Below are positions 13,546 to 25,600 of a stretch of 64,000 nucleotides of DNA, in pieces. The notes under the pieces are model-generated. The model saw only the letters and a program-made list of their open reading frames with translations, made no database searches and was not told where the DNA came from. The stretch covers positions 10,788,001-10,852,000 of the forward strand of contig JAQFVV010000003.1 of NCBI GenBank assembly GCA_028023455.1, in the 5' to 3' direction. The DNA is from Epiperipatus broadwayi (taxonomy: Eukaryota; Animalia; Onychophora). The position numbers and the translations under genes were made by a program. Each line of letters starts with the position of its first letter. Within the stretch, counting starts at the first letter, position 1.

Positions 13546-15967
13546 AGTTATACCATATTATTTATTCATCTCTACCACTTCTAAATTTTAAAAAACTTAA
13601 TATATGTATAGAAAAGCAGGAAAATGAATGACACTGATTGATTGGGGGAGATGCAATGTTATGGTCCTGTATTAATGCCAATGTATAAATTTTATTTTAT
13701 ATAATATTCACCCAGTTACTGAGTTTGGAAATCATTCTGACGTTACCTGTTTCTTAATATTAACTTTAATCTTTTCTTGGTAAGTAATATTGTTTTACAC
13801 TTTAATCAATAATATTATACAATACAAGAAACTATTCTGAGATTCAGTATGTATCTCTATCAGATAGTCATTGATTACTTATACAATAAGTGTAGTGAAT
13901 TATTGCAGTTAATATAAATTAAAAGATGTATAACATTGGAAAGGATGCTTTCAGAAATAATTGTGACATTAGACATTTTATATTATTAAGGCCTTTACTG
14001 TTTAACATTAACCTAAGACATTAAAAAAATAAGATATATGGTTAATTTTGTCAGATATAACTTAAATAATTTTAATTTCAGTTTTTCTATAACAATATTC
14101 TTATTTTGTTTTTGTCTTTTTTTTTTTATCTAAAATAAAAAATGGTTGCAGCCAAAATTTATTTTAATGATTAAAGATCTCTTTATAATTTACTGCAAGC
14201 AATGAAGAAATCAATGATTTTGTCAAATGATACTACATTATACTATTAAAATACTACTTCAACTTATTCCAAAAATAATATATCATTATTCTTCCTGTCC
14301 ATTCATTTTCATGAGTTTAGTAGCAAAAGCTAAGGCCATACATACATTATCAGACTTAAGCATATGTTATTTGGTAAAAAGTTTCAAATCAAGAATATTT
14401 TTTTGTCTTTTCTATTTTTAATAGCAGAAACCAAAAAAAATGATATACAAATAAAAGTTTCAAAATCGAAATTTCTCCTTTAGATTTATAAAAACATCTC
14501 ACCACTCTGACCAGTTAGTTCTCATGTGGTTTATTATAATGGTAACTTTGCAGATTTGAAAACTAAAGATCTATAGATTATAAATCAATGCTGTCACTTC
14601 CTATGCTTAAATATCTTTTGGTCTCTCAAACAATAAATCATTTAATTACATATTATTTTACAACCACTTTGACTTCATATGGTTAATTATACTTAAATAA
14701 AATCCAGATTAGTAGCCAAAATTTGATAATATACAAGTGAATTGCACTTTATATTTTAAAAGCGTTTAATTAGTAAGAATAGTTGTCATTTGAGCGGTCT
14801 CAGGACATTTAAGCGCCAACAGTAATGGACGGAGCAAATCTTTATCTCTCAAGTCCTTGATAAATGCCTTCTATCTTCAAGTTATTATGTAATCAATGAG
14901 TAAATTCACTTGATAGTAAACAGAAATGCAAAACAGGTTTCTCGTAACTGGTATCTAATTTTCTGTTTTCTGCTAGCACTATGGTTTCTATAGTTAGAAA
15001 AAAGGTGTCATTATAAAGTGGAAATCAATATATATATTCATTGTTTTTACCATCCCTTTGTCCAAGGATCAAAAACCTACAATTAGCATAAAAATGGGGT
15101 GAGTAAAATAGATCCAGAGCTATATAATAATACATTCTTCTTAAGTTTTAATCAAAACCTTAGAGTACTTGAATTTTTCATCCTTGCAAATCGGACAATT
15201 CCAGTTAGAGGAAACTATAAGCTGGAAATTATTAGATAATCAATTCGTGTAAATTAGAGAAGAGTTTTATGTTATTCATTAAAAAAAAAAATCATTTACT
15301 AACAAAACATTAGATTTTAAATCCCAATGTTCCAAAATTAAAAACTGTTGAATGATAAATTAATCTTTATACTAACAAATAGGCATAACATTTCCTGTAT
15401 TATTTTTGAATACTATGTTTAAAAAAATTCTGATCACTGGTCAAAAAATCCCACAATAAATAATTATTTTCCATCCTTGCTTTGCTCTTTTGCTACCAAT
15501 TAACTCATGATAACCTGGTTTATTATTGGTCTAATAATGGGGACAATCCTAAACTTGAGTAGAACTTGGAATAATTCCCGTTTTATCTTAGTTAAATTCA
15601 AACTCAGATTGTAGCCCTTCAATATACATATGTGCATATATATATATAAAAGAAAACTTATTCAAAAATATATAAGAAATTTTCTACGGATGGGATTTTA
15701 CCATCAAAGATATATAAATTTTATTTTCTAAAGTTAGTTTTTCAGTATGAAGGAAAAATAAGTTTATTTTTTTAAAAATCACAATTACATATACAGTATA
15801 TAAAAAAGAAAAACCAGCAGATCACTATTGAAACTGTCACGTCAGGAATTTAGAATGTTTATTATAAAAAGCATTTAAAGTAAGAAAGAGAAGAAAAAAA
15901 ATTGCAAATGGAAATATTTTGCTTTTAGTTGGTGTTTTGATAAATAAATATATAGTAATTTTCTTAC

Positions 15968-16118
15968 CACCCATGGTTTATCTTGAAAACAATAAATGCT
16001 GTGCAAAGAATTGACACAAGGAATGTTTCCATACATGAAGCCCAACAATAAATTTCTCCAGTCTGTGGATGCATCGCGCACATGTTGGCGTATTAACACA
16101 AAATCGGGTTTGAAAGAT
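15968..16118 (-). CDS. Syn: Synapsin coding exon (equivalent to vertebrate exon 4), 151 bp, phase 2/0
   Basis: tttttcag|ATCTTTC...TGGGTG|gtaaga translates (R)SFKPDFVLIRQHVRDASTDWRNLLLGFMYGNIPCVNSLHSIYCFQDKPWV. Confidence 0.97.
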
Positions 16119-18783
16119 CTGAAAAATATTTCAAAACAAATATATATAAAATAGAAGATAAAGAAATTCAAATTGAATTATGAAGAGCAAAGCAATTAAT
16201 AATAGTAATAATAATAAGACTGCAATAAATGTGTGTATGTATACGACTTTTCAGATTTTACTTTGTGAAGAATAGATGCAGTAATAAAAAAAGTGTTGCA
16301 TTAAAGACAGTTATAATTCTTATTTCATATAATGATAATTACTATATCGTATCAGAATATTTAAATGTGTATATACGTTATTTTAAATATTGATAAAAAA
16401 GTCACCAGAAGCGTGTAAGTAAATACTAAATAATGCTTTTTAAAAGATATCACGGTCTTTTATCTATTTTTTAAACAGAAAAATTTTTATGATTAATTTT
16501 ATAATTAGAAAGTCATATATTTTCATTTACATAAATAATAGGTCACATATTTTCATTTACAGATTTATATAAATAAGATCAGTATAATAATATCTTATGA
16601 TCAATTCTGAATAAATAATCTTAATTTGGTCAAAGAAATTAGTATTGATGTGATATTATAATGTCAGTCATTGCAATAAGCATTCCCTTCAAAATTTGTT
16701 GCCCATTTTTTGTCATCATCAACAGTTATCTATCAAAACTAAGTCCTATATATCAGACATGATCTCAACCTTCAAGTTTTTCTAGCTCTTGCTCTACTTT
16801 TCAAAATGTTATGACTATTTCATACCTTAAGATCATCAATCAACATTTTTCTTTTCCTGTCTTATATAGTCTCTTCTAATACAGCTTTCACTATTCCTTT
16901 TCCTTTAAATACATATTCAATATACTTCCATTTTTTCTTAATAAATTAAAATATTCTATTTTTTGAAAAAGTTATCTTTCAAATATTTCTTCAGATTCAC
17001 ATTTTTAAAGTATCTAATTTTTCCTCATTTTAGCTTCATATAAAGTTATACCTAAAAAAAGAATTATTAAGCCTACTTTTTAGACATAATTTCAAAATAA
17101 TTAGGCAGCTGCATGGATAAAAGTACTTTTGATCTTTGTGGAAGTTAAATTTCAGTGCCTCCAGTTCCATAAAATAAAATTTGTAAATTAAAATAAAATG
17201 AATTCATACAAGTTTGTTTAACAAAAGACACAGAAACTGTAGAACATTAAAAAAAAATTGTAATTATTTATACTTTTATCTTTTTATTTAGACATTAACA
17301 GCTCATTGTTTTTTTATTTACAAGCTTAAAAAGATTATGTCATGTGATATTTGACTATTTTTTATTGACTAACTCTCATGAGTTTGGTGCCACAAAATAA
17401 TTTCTAGAAATTTTCTACATGATAAATAATGATTAGTTTTAACAAGGTCAACTCTGACCATCATGTTGATTAATTTGCTAAAAATAATTCTTGTTTATTA
17501 TTTTAAATTTTATTCACAATCCGGCATGCATAACTTGTTTACATGTTCTATTATAATCAAGCTACACTATTAAGCCTTATATAACTGTGCATTTTTATCT
17601 TTTACATAAACGTTTTTTTTTAAATTTGCTTTACCAATTATTAATTGTCTCATTATTAAAGCAATACTTTTTTGACTCCCTTACTTCTTTATAGCTCGCT
17701 ATATCTGATGCATTATTTTTAATATTTTCATTGAATAATTGTAACTTTTTATTTGAATTTACTATATAATTAGGCTATTATTATTTACATCTATTTTATT
17801 TATCCACTGACTCTGAAGATTTTTCTCTGATAACCATTTTAAGTTATCAATTTTTCAATTATTTTTCATTTCAATGATTTTAATATTTTTTAAAAATAAT
17901 TTTAATTCTTCCACTATTAAACTATGGTACTAAACCTATACTGAATCAAAACATCATCATCACCTAGAACTTTTAGAGTGTAAATTTATCTTTTAATGAT
18001 TTCTGATCATATGTTCATTACTAACATACTATTTTTTATTCAAAAACTGGTCAACCTTTTATCTTTTTGATTTATTATCTTTAATCCATAATCTTCAACA
18101 TTTTTACAAACACTTGTTCAATATTCAATAACATTCCAATATATTTTTAATGACTTTTTTAATTTATATATATTTATATGTTTTTATTTTATCATCACTT
18201 GGTTATCAGATATACTTGTTTAATAACTATATCTGTTGAAAACCTTCATCCTAATCCACCAAAAATCTATTACTTATTGGAATACTAATAATAAACACTA
18301 TTTTGTTCTTAGACCTGAATGATCTCTAATAATACATTATGTCACTTTTATTATCATAATGTAAATTATTTATATCTATTTTACAATTTTCTTCACAGCA
18401 GCTTCACCTTGTCAGACAGACTCCTACAATATCTAACTTTTCTCTTTTCATTTCTGACAGTAAACTATCAATTTTTCTAGTTTGTTCACTGCTCTATGAT
18501 GCCACATACTTATTTTTATAATATTTTTTAAAATTCTAATAGCTTTGGGTAATTAACCAAAACTAAATTGGTAAGTTCTATTAGGGGAACACATAGTTGT
18601 GATAAAGTAATTTTCTATTACCTTTCTTCAGCTATTTATTTTTAAATCATATTTTTTTAATATTAAAAATAAAATAGACAAAACTCTCCATACAGTAATG
18701 CCAGTCAGTACAAGTCAGAGTAAACAATGGATGCAAGAAAGTTTGTACATAAAATCCCTATCTAGTGCCTAATCACCCAATTT

Positions 18784-18823
18784 CCTCAGATTAGTTTTTA
18801 GTTTGTGGCTTTCATCAGTGAGG
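18784..18823 (-). ncRNA. Degenerate hammerhead motif in the other arm
   Basis: CCUCA-CUGAUGA-AAGCCACAAACUA-AAAAC-UA-AUC-UGAGG: perfect stem I, but G12 is changed to A. Confidence 0.55.
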
Positions 18824-19206
18824 AGCCTTGAATCTGAGAGCCCTGCACCTAGATCTTAGGATCTAATGCAACCGACCAGCGACCAACTTTTATCTCTACT
18901 TAACTACAAAACTAAGAGTTTAAAATTAAAAACATAATAATATTTTCAAACTCAGTTCAGTACACATACACTTTGATGTCTTTGGTTCTTTAATAACCAT
19001 AGCTACCACTATACTATGAAGCAGGATTAGTATTAAACCACTAAACATCACATATATGACTATATAAGCTAATGAGCTTGAATTGAAAATATTATTGTTT
19101 TCAATTTTAGACTCATCATTTTGTAGATAAGTAGAGATAAAAGGTGATTGCTGGAGGGTTATATTAGCTCCTAAGATCTAGTTGCAGTGCACTCAGATCC
19201 AAGGCT

Positions 19207-19246
19207 CCTCACTGATGAAAGCCACAAGCTAGAAACAAGTCTGGGG
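19207..19246 (+). ncRNA. Minimal type I hammerhead ribozyme motif
   Basis: CCUCA-CUGAUGA-AAGC CACAA GCUA-GAAAC-AA-GUC-UGGGG: full core, GUC cleavage triplet, 5-bp stem I (one G-U), 3-bp stem II with an A.A mismatch at its base. Confidence 0.7.
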
Positions 19247-21229
19247 ATATTGGATGAGTAGGCCCTAGAATAGGGATTTTATGCACAAACCTTGCATCCA
19301 TTGATTACTCTGGCCTGCATTGAGTGACATTACTGTATGGAGAGTTTTGTCTGTTTTAACAGCTTGAGCAAGCATAAGAAATGGTGATCATATGTTTAGT
19401 AAAAATATTGATTTTCACTTCTTGAATAATTCTTTTCAAAGACCTTCAAATCTCAATAAGGGAGTGTTTCCATACTCATTCATTGCAGTTAGTAATAATA
19501 ACTAATTCTAGTAATCATTCTTAGGTAGTCCAAGTATTTTTGCATAAAACATTTAATAAATCTTAGTATAGAAATGATTATGCATTTCTGATAAAATCTT
19601 ACTTGTTAATCAATGCAGGATATTTTATATCAAAAATATATAGCCATCAGCTTAACCAATTCTTTCACATATCATAACTACAAAAGTCTTGTTCTTATCA
19701 TTACATTGTAAATTACAATATTTATAGTCTGCTGTATATCATTGCATTTTTAAAAGATGTATAAGGCTTTAAAAGACTGGATGAATGTTTCAATGAGTTC
19801 GCCCTTCTTTTGATGTCTTCAATTAATTCCAAGATAATAAAACAATAATTTAAATAAATGAGAATTAACTAAAAATTCAGTTGTTTTTAAAAATAAGTAC
19901 TTATACTAGCCAAAGAATCAAATTGTTTTTATATATGAGACTGACATACATAGGATATAATATTAATTCTTGCATCCATTTCTAAAACATTATAGAAAAT
20001 GTAAAACCATTAAAAGGCTACATTAAATTTCACATTTAATATTTATAATATTTATTATTATTCTTTATAATAATAATAATAATAAAAAAAACACCTGGTT
20101 CAGCAGCAAAAAAAATAACGGTAAAGGAATTGAAAATAGTTTAAAAAATCAAATAACATCAAAAGATCTAGTCCAAGATCTGCTTATTTGAACAAGTGAT
20201 TAAAACAAGTATTTCACCAAATAAACAAAACGTGTTTGCATTTACTTACATGAATTACAAAAAAGTTAAACTTTTTTTTTTTTTAAATTTCAATTAAATA
20301 TGTATAATAAGTATAAAAAAGGATGTACTCTTATAGATATATAATGAATAAGAATGCAAAAATAGAGATACATAATTGGTGTGTATATAAACATCAACAA
20401 GTTTAGATATGCTATGATACCACACTTATATCTAAAAGTGATGATAAAAATAGAGAAATTGAAAGCTTTGATTCTTTGAATTGTTAATTAACACAAAAAA
20501 ATTCATGGATCAATAAATTTATCACAAGCTCAGAAAAAGATCTATAAATGAAAGAATAATAAATAAAAAAAACGTTGAAACGGTCTTTAAATATCCCATC
20601 ACATGAAAAATGCTTCTCCAGATAGTGAAGGAGAAGCCATTGCTAACCAATGTTTTCATTTGCCAGATGATGAAATTTTGAGTTGTTTTTACCCTTGTTT
20701 TATTCTGTAGAAAAGAATAGTTAGATACTCACTTATTCTCAATATTGATTAGTTAGGAAAGTTGGTTACAGATTATTACCTTAAAAAAACCTGAGTCTGT
20801 TAGCAAAAAAAAAAAAACAACTTTATCTAGTTATCCTATCATTGCTCCATGAAGTATATTTAAAAATAAAGAAGTGAATTAGTTAAATGATAATATTTTT
20901 TTGTGAATCTACAATGTAAAACTCTGACACTGTAAAAGAAGAATAGGAAGTATTGATACTTATAAACTATAAGTTTGTAAAAAGTTTTAAATATACTATA
21001 AAAAAATTAAAAAACAGAAAAAGATAAAATGTAATATTTAAGCAGATTAGATGTTAAATCACTTAAATAGAATACAAATGATTAAAAATATTTTAGTCAT
21101 ATTATGAGGCAATTAGATTCATTGGAAAGAATCATGATGGATAAACACTATTATCATATTAATAAGTTTCTATTGAAGAGTCAGAAAAATTATACATTCT
21201 GAAAAGATTGCCAGAAATCAATGCCAACC

Positions 21230-21640
21230 TGAGATGTGTAATATGAGATACATCTTATCCCTTATTATTTCATATAAAAAAAAATCCTACATATATTCCA
21301 GAAACTTTCTCCAATATCTTTCATATTTTTTTTCTCCTCAAACACTCATGACAGATATCCTTCTATCTTTCTGAAGACTACCTATCAATATCCAATTATT
21401 CAATATTTTATTTAGCAGTTAAAAATTCTTTTGACATTACATGAGTAAGACTTATTGTGTTATGAATTTTATTTTTTTACTTACTCTTTTCATTTTTTTT
21501 TTGAATTACTAATCTTAATATTATGAGCTTATCTTTTCCAATCCATTTTTCTCCATATTTATATCTAACATTTTCTCTACTGTGTTGAATATGTAGAGGA
21601 GACCTAGAGCATTATTTTTTTATTACAGATTCCCAGTTCA
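21230..21640 (-). mobile_element. Decayed LINE (RTE-like) 3' remnant
   Basis: Minus-strand traces resemble the post-RT region of RTE elements; weak. Confidence 0.3.
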
Positions 21641-22822
21641 TTAGTAATTTCTTTTTTTTTTTTTTGATACTTTATTAAAGATTTAATATTTATTCTATTT
21701 TCACAGTAACATCAATTAATCTAAAATATAAATCAATATAGTCATTGCTATCATCGGTGGAACCATCATCAGAAAATTATAAGAATAACTTCCATCTCAA
21801 GTGTTGCATAAAAATTTTGTTTTCCTTTTGTACAAGTATGTGATTCTATATATAAAATTATTTTAAAAAACAACTTGATATTTCAGATGCCACATGAAAA
21901 TTTTGTTTGACTTCTGTAACATTTTATGATTCTACATATAATGTAATGTTTAAAACACTTTTTAAAAAATCAAAAGTATCTTTAGTTATATATGGTTACT
22001 AGTCAAAAATTGTATTGTAAAAACTGATTAAAGTCTCTTTTGAATATAACTTTACTTTCTTTTCTTTTTATGAATGATAATTTCACATAAGCAACAATAA
22101 CATCAACAGATTCTCAAAATCTGACTCCTAGTACTTGAAGAAAAAACCCACACAATTATGGCCTATTTCATGGCTTTTGATATATTTGTTTTTCTCCTAT
22201 GCAATCCTATTTTTTTAAGATTACTAGATATTCACTTTTTTAAAAATAAAATCTAAGATTTTCTTTAACATAAACATTAAAATAATTAAAAATACTATTC
22301 TGGTCTACAATCTTAATTTTTATGCATGATTTTATTATAACATGGATACATTTCAACTGACTAAAATAAATCAAAATATATCTCTTTGCTCTAATGAAAT
22401 TATGCGTAAAAATTAAGTATTAAACTCCTTTAAAATGAGATTTGAACTTCTATCAGGCCATTTATTTACAAAATAGTATCAAGGAAGTTCAAACATTTAA
22501 ACTCAAATTCATGAGTACATGACTTTATATAAAGATGAATACTTTCAATAAATAAATAAAAATACATAAATAATTGAATGGTTTAATGCTTAGAGTTTTG
22601 AAAGTGAAACGATTGGAGGCAGAATCCAAAGAACTTGAACAAACCAAACAGGGTAATATTTGGGATTAAAGGCAGTAAATGATTAAAGAATAAATAATAT
22701 ACTGAAAATAGATAATAATTTTATAATTTATTTTTCTAAAACGAATTGTAAAAATTGCATCAGCCCTGCCAAAATGTTCACATTTTTTCAGATTCTAAAT
22801 ATGCTTAAGATTTTTCTCTCAG

Positions 22823-23053
22823 GTAGCTAATCTATCTAGACATTGGAATGAGCATCATAGTGACTGGATAAACTCCAGTATGAAGGGTCAATTTGGTCAT
22901 GTGGAGCATGGACAAAGGATTATACCTATCACTGAACTATATGAGACATGCAAGGGTGGTCATCTATATCAACAGGATACTATTCCAGACTTGTTCCTTG
23001 CTGATATGCTTCATATTAGTCCTTTTAGCTGGTGTCAAACAAGATATCAATAG
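22823..23053 (+). mobile_element. RTE-like LINE C-terminal remnant
   Basis: An open frame reads ...FGHVEHGQRIIPITELYETCKGGHLYQQDTIPDL, similar to the RTE motif WFGHVERM..R.P...LY....R.RGRP..RW.D.I..DL. Confidence 0.45.
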
Positions 23054-23476
23054 TGAGCTTTCATCTCACTGATTATCATGTAATATATCCTATGTTTAAC
23101 TATTATCATATATTGTAACTAAATTTCTGAATAAAATTCTATATTTAAAAAAAAAAAAAAATGAAAGTAGCTAGTACTTTGCAATTTGGAAAGCCTGGTA
23201 CCATCACACTTTAATTTTTGGAAGTTGTTAGAAAGGCCTTTGTTTTTAACCTATATTTACAAATAAAAATGTTGTTGTTCTACTCATAAATTTTATCTTT
23301 TCACCTTTTATATTATTTTAACAAAGTCTAATATCAATTCATATCCTTAAAAATTTATAATAAAAAATTGAAAAATAATGTAAAATATTTTTTTTAAAAT
23401 AATGTCTTTAAAAAAATTGTAACATAATTAATTTTGATGGAAAAAAATCACAAGAACATAATAAATAAATAGTCTT

Positions 23477-23578
23477 GCATTGGTGGTCAAGGGGTCAGTG
23501 TGACTGCCTTGCACTTGTAGGCAGTTGCCCGGGTTGCAGGTTCGCGTCCCGGCCGATGCTACGACACTTAAAAAAAAA
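23477..23578 (+). mobile_element. tRNA-Gly-derived SINE with A-tail
   Basis: Acceptor-stem ends GCATTGG.../...CCGATGC as in tRNA-Gly, box A TGGTCAAGGGG, box B GGTTCGCGTCC, tail acgacacttA(n). AACATAATAAATAAA flanks both sides (23455-23469, 23579-23593). Confidence 0.88.
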
Positions 23579-24099
23579 AACATAATAAATAAAGAAAATC
23601 CAAAGTAATGAATATAAAAAAGTGTTATTCCATAACTGGTTTTAGAAAAATATCTCCCCAAGAAAAATATCCCTTTGAAAAAAGTTCCCCTAGAGGAAAA
23701 AAAAATTTCTAACTTATATAATTTATATTTATTTACACCTTTTAACAATTAAATAATATAAAAGACAAGTAGTCACTAAACATGAAGATATATATTTTAA
23801 AATGATGTAACAAATTTGTGAGAGAAAATAAATTAAATAATGTATTATATCCAAACTGCAAGTTAGCAACACATATTCAGTTTGTAAAGACATATTTTGA
23901 TGTATAAACAAACAGAACATTCTAGTTATTATTAAAAAAAAATTCAATTATGTTTAAAAGCAATCTCGAATTCATCAAATCTTAACAAAGGCCAAACTTT
24001 TTAAAAATAGATTTTGATACTTATATATACATAAAGGAATAGAAATTATCCAAAAAAGTAGAAAAATATGAGAGAAAATATTGCCATTATAATTCTTTA

Positions 24100-25600
24100 T
24101 AAAAAGCAAACATAAAAGTAAAGAACCCTGAAATTTCTGGTAAAACTGAATGAGTACATTCATGGACAAGATGCAACATATACAGAAACTGTGAAATCAC
24201 TGCAAAAAATGAAATCTCAAATAGAAAATACTCAAGAGATTTCTCAAAAAATAATTTCTGTACAAAAATGAAGAAGGCATAAAAACGTAGCAACAATCCC
24301 GCCTATAATAGAGGATTTGAAAAGAAATCTTAATAGTTTAAATAAATAAATCAGAATTCACTTTCAATATCAGAGAATATTAAGAATTTTATTCTCTAAA
24401 AATTTCAATAAATCAAAGAATTTTGGTATTTGGAACTTAAAAAATTGCAACATATCTAGAAAAGTTTCTAAATCAACACATGGATGATGCATTCAGTGCT
24501 ACATCTATTTTATATTATAAGCTGCACTCTATAAATGCTTTTATATAAAGTCAGGCTATGCTGAGTTTTTGTTATTTTTTTTACTGAATAAAATTGAAGC
24601 AATAATTACATTTTGCTTCAAGAAAATGAAAAATTTTAATACTAATGTATTTTCAAAAAGTATAATAAACAATGTTAAAAAAGTGGTAGTGAATAATACT
24701 ATTTAAAAACTTCACTACTAAAAAGTTTTCCCATAAACAGAAGTTAATGGATATTTTTTTTCATTTGAACCAGAATATTTACAAGAAAAAAAAAATTCAA
24801 GAAGTAGGTCTTTACCAACTGAATAATAATGACTCAAACTTTTCTTTACAAATGCCAATGATTCTTGCACTATAACTTGGGACAAAGCATATTTTTAAGA
24901 TACTAAATGATATTTTTCCATAGATAGGCTTATGTTTGAAATCAAGTAAAAATAATATTGCAATCAAGTTTAAATAATGTAATCAAGTTCCTTTTCAGAA
25001 ATAGAAACTATCATTAAATGATAATTAAGTAGATTGGTAATCAGACTCTAAAATTTTCTTGGTATGCAAAAGTAATTAAAGGATTATAGCACTGTCACTT
25101 GGGAAAGATCTGAAATAGAATAAATTCCAGATTGAGAGAAAAAATATATACATGCACACACACTCTCATTATGAGAGTTGCTACAAGCATGAAGCAGCTG
25201 CAAGATGAAAATTTCTGGGGTGTAGATGGAGGAACAAGTGAATTTCCATCACTGAAGTGAACCAAGAGACTTTTTCAGGCCACATTGGCCTTATTATTCA
25301 TTTATAAGCTCTATGGTTGTATATATGTAAGTATTAGCTTTTGTTAATTTAATTTTTTATACATTATTATCTTGTTGGCTTAATGAATGTCAGATTGTAT
25401 TTCATTTAAATCTGTTTGTGTAGTATTTCATTTCTACTTCTCTGATTACCTTTACTATGACTGCATTTCTCATAGTATCAGTATGCAGCAGATGGCAAAT
25501 ATCATTATTGATTATTTTGAAAATATTTACATTGGAAGATTAACTCAACAATGCAGAAAATCACTGAGATTTGAAATGTGTTTTCAAATATTCAAATATT
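24100..25600 (+). mobile_element. Mutator-like (MULE) transposase remnant
   Basis: Broken frames give RRHKNVATIPPIIEDL, ILVFGT...HMDDAFS, VFP*TEVNGYFFHLNQNIY..IQEVGL and DYFENIYIGR in MULE domain order. Confidence 0.65.

Larger units (their letters stand above)
18670..19358. mobile_element. Non-coding palindromic (foldback) element with ~285-bp inverted arms, each carrying a hammerhead motif; probable Penelope-like derivative
   Basis: aaaatagacaaaactctccatacagtaatg... is the reverse complement of ...cattactgtatggagagttttgtctgtttt. Pairing continues inward to about 18955/19075, leaving a ~120-bp spacer. Confidence 0.85.
16690..19950 (-). mobile_element. Heavily decayed RTE-type LINE, interrupted by the palindromic element at 18670-19358
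   Basis: Minus-strand traces occur in RT order: N-terminal RT motifs near 19450-19650, a KAFD-like trace near 18550, and an RTE C-terminal-like GKRKMLIDDLK...LKSRAR near 16800. Heavily eroded; boundaries approximate. Confidence 0.45.
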
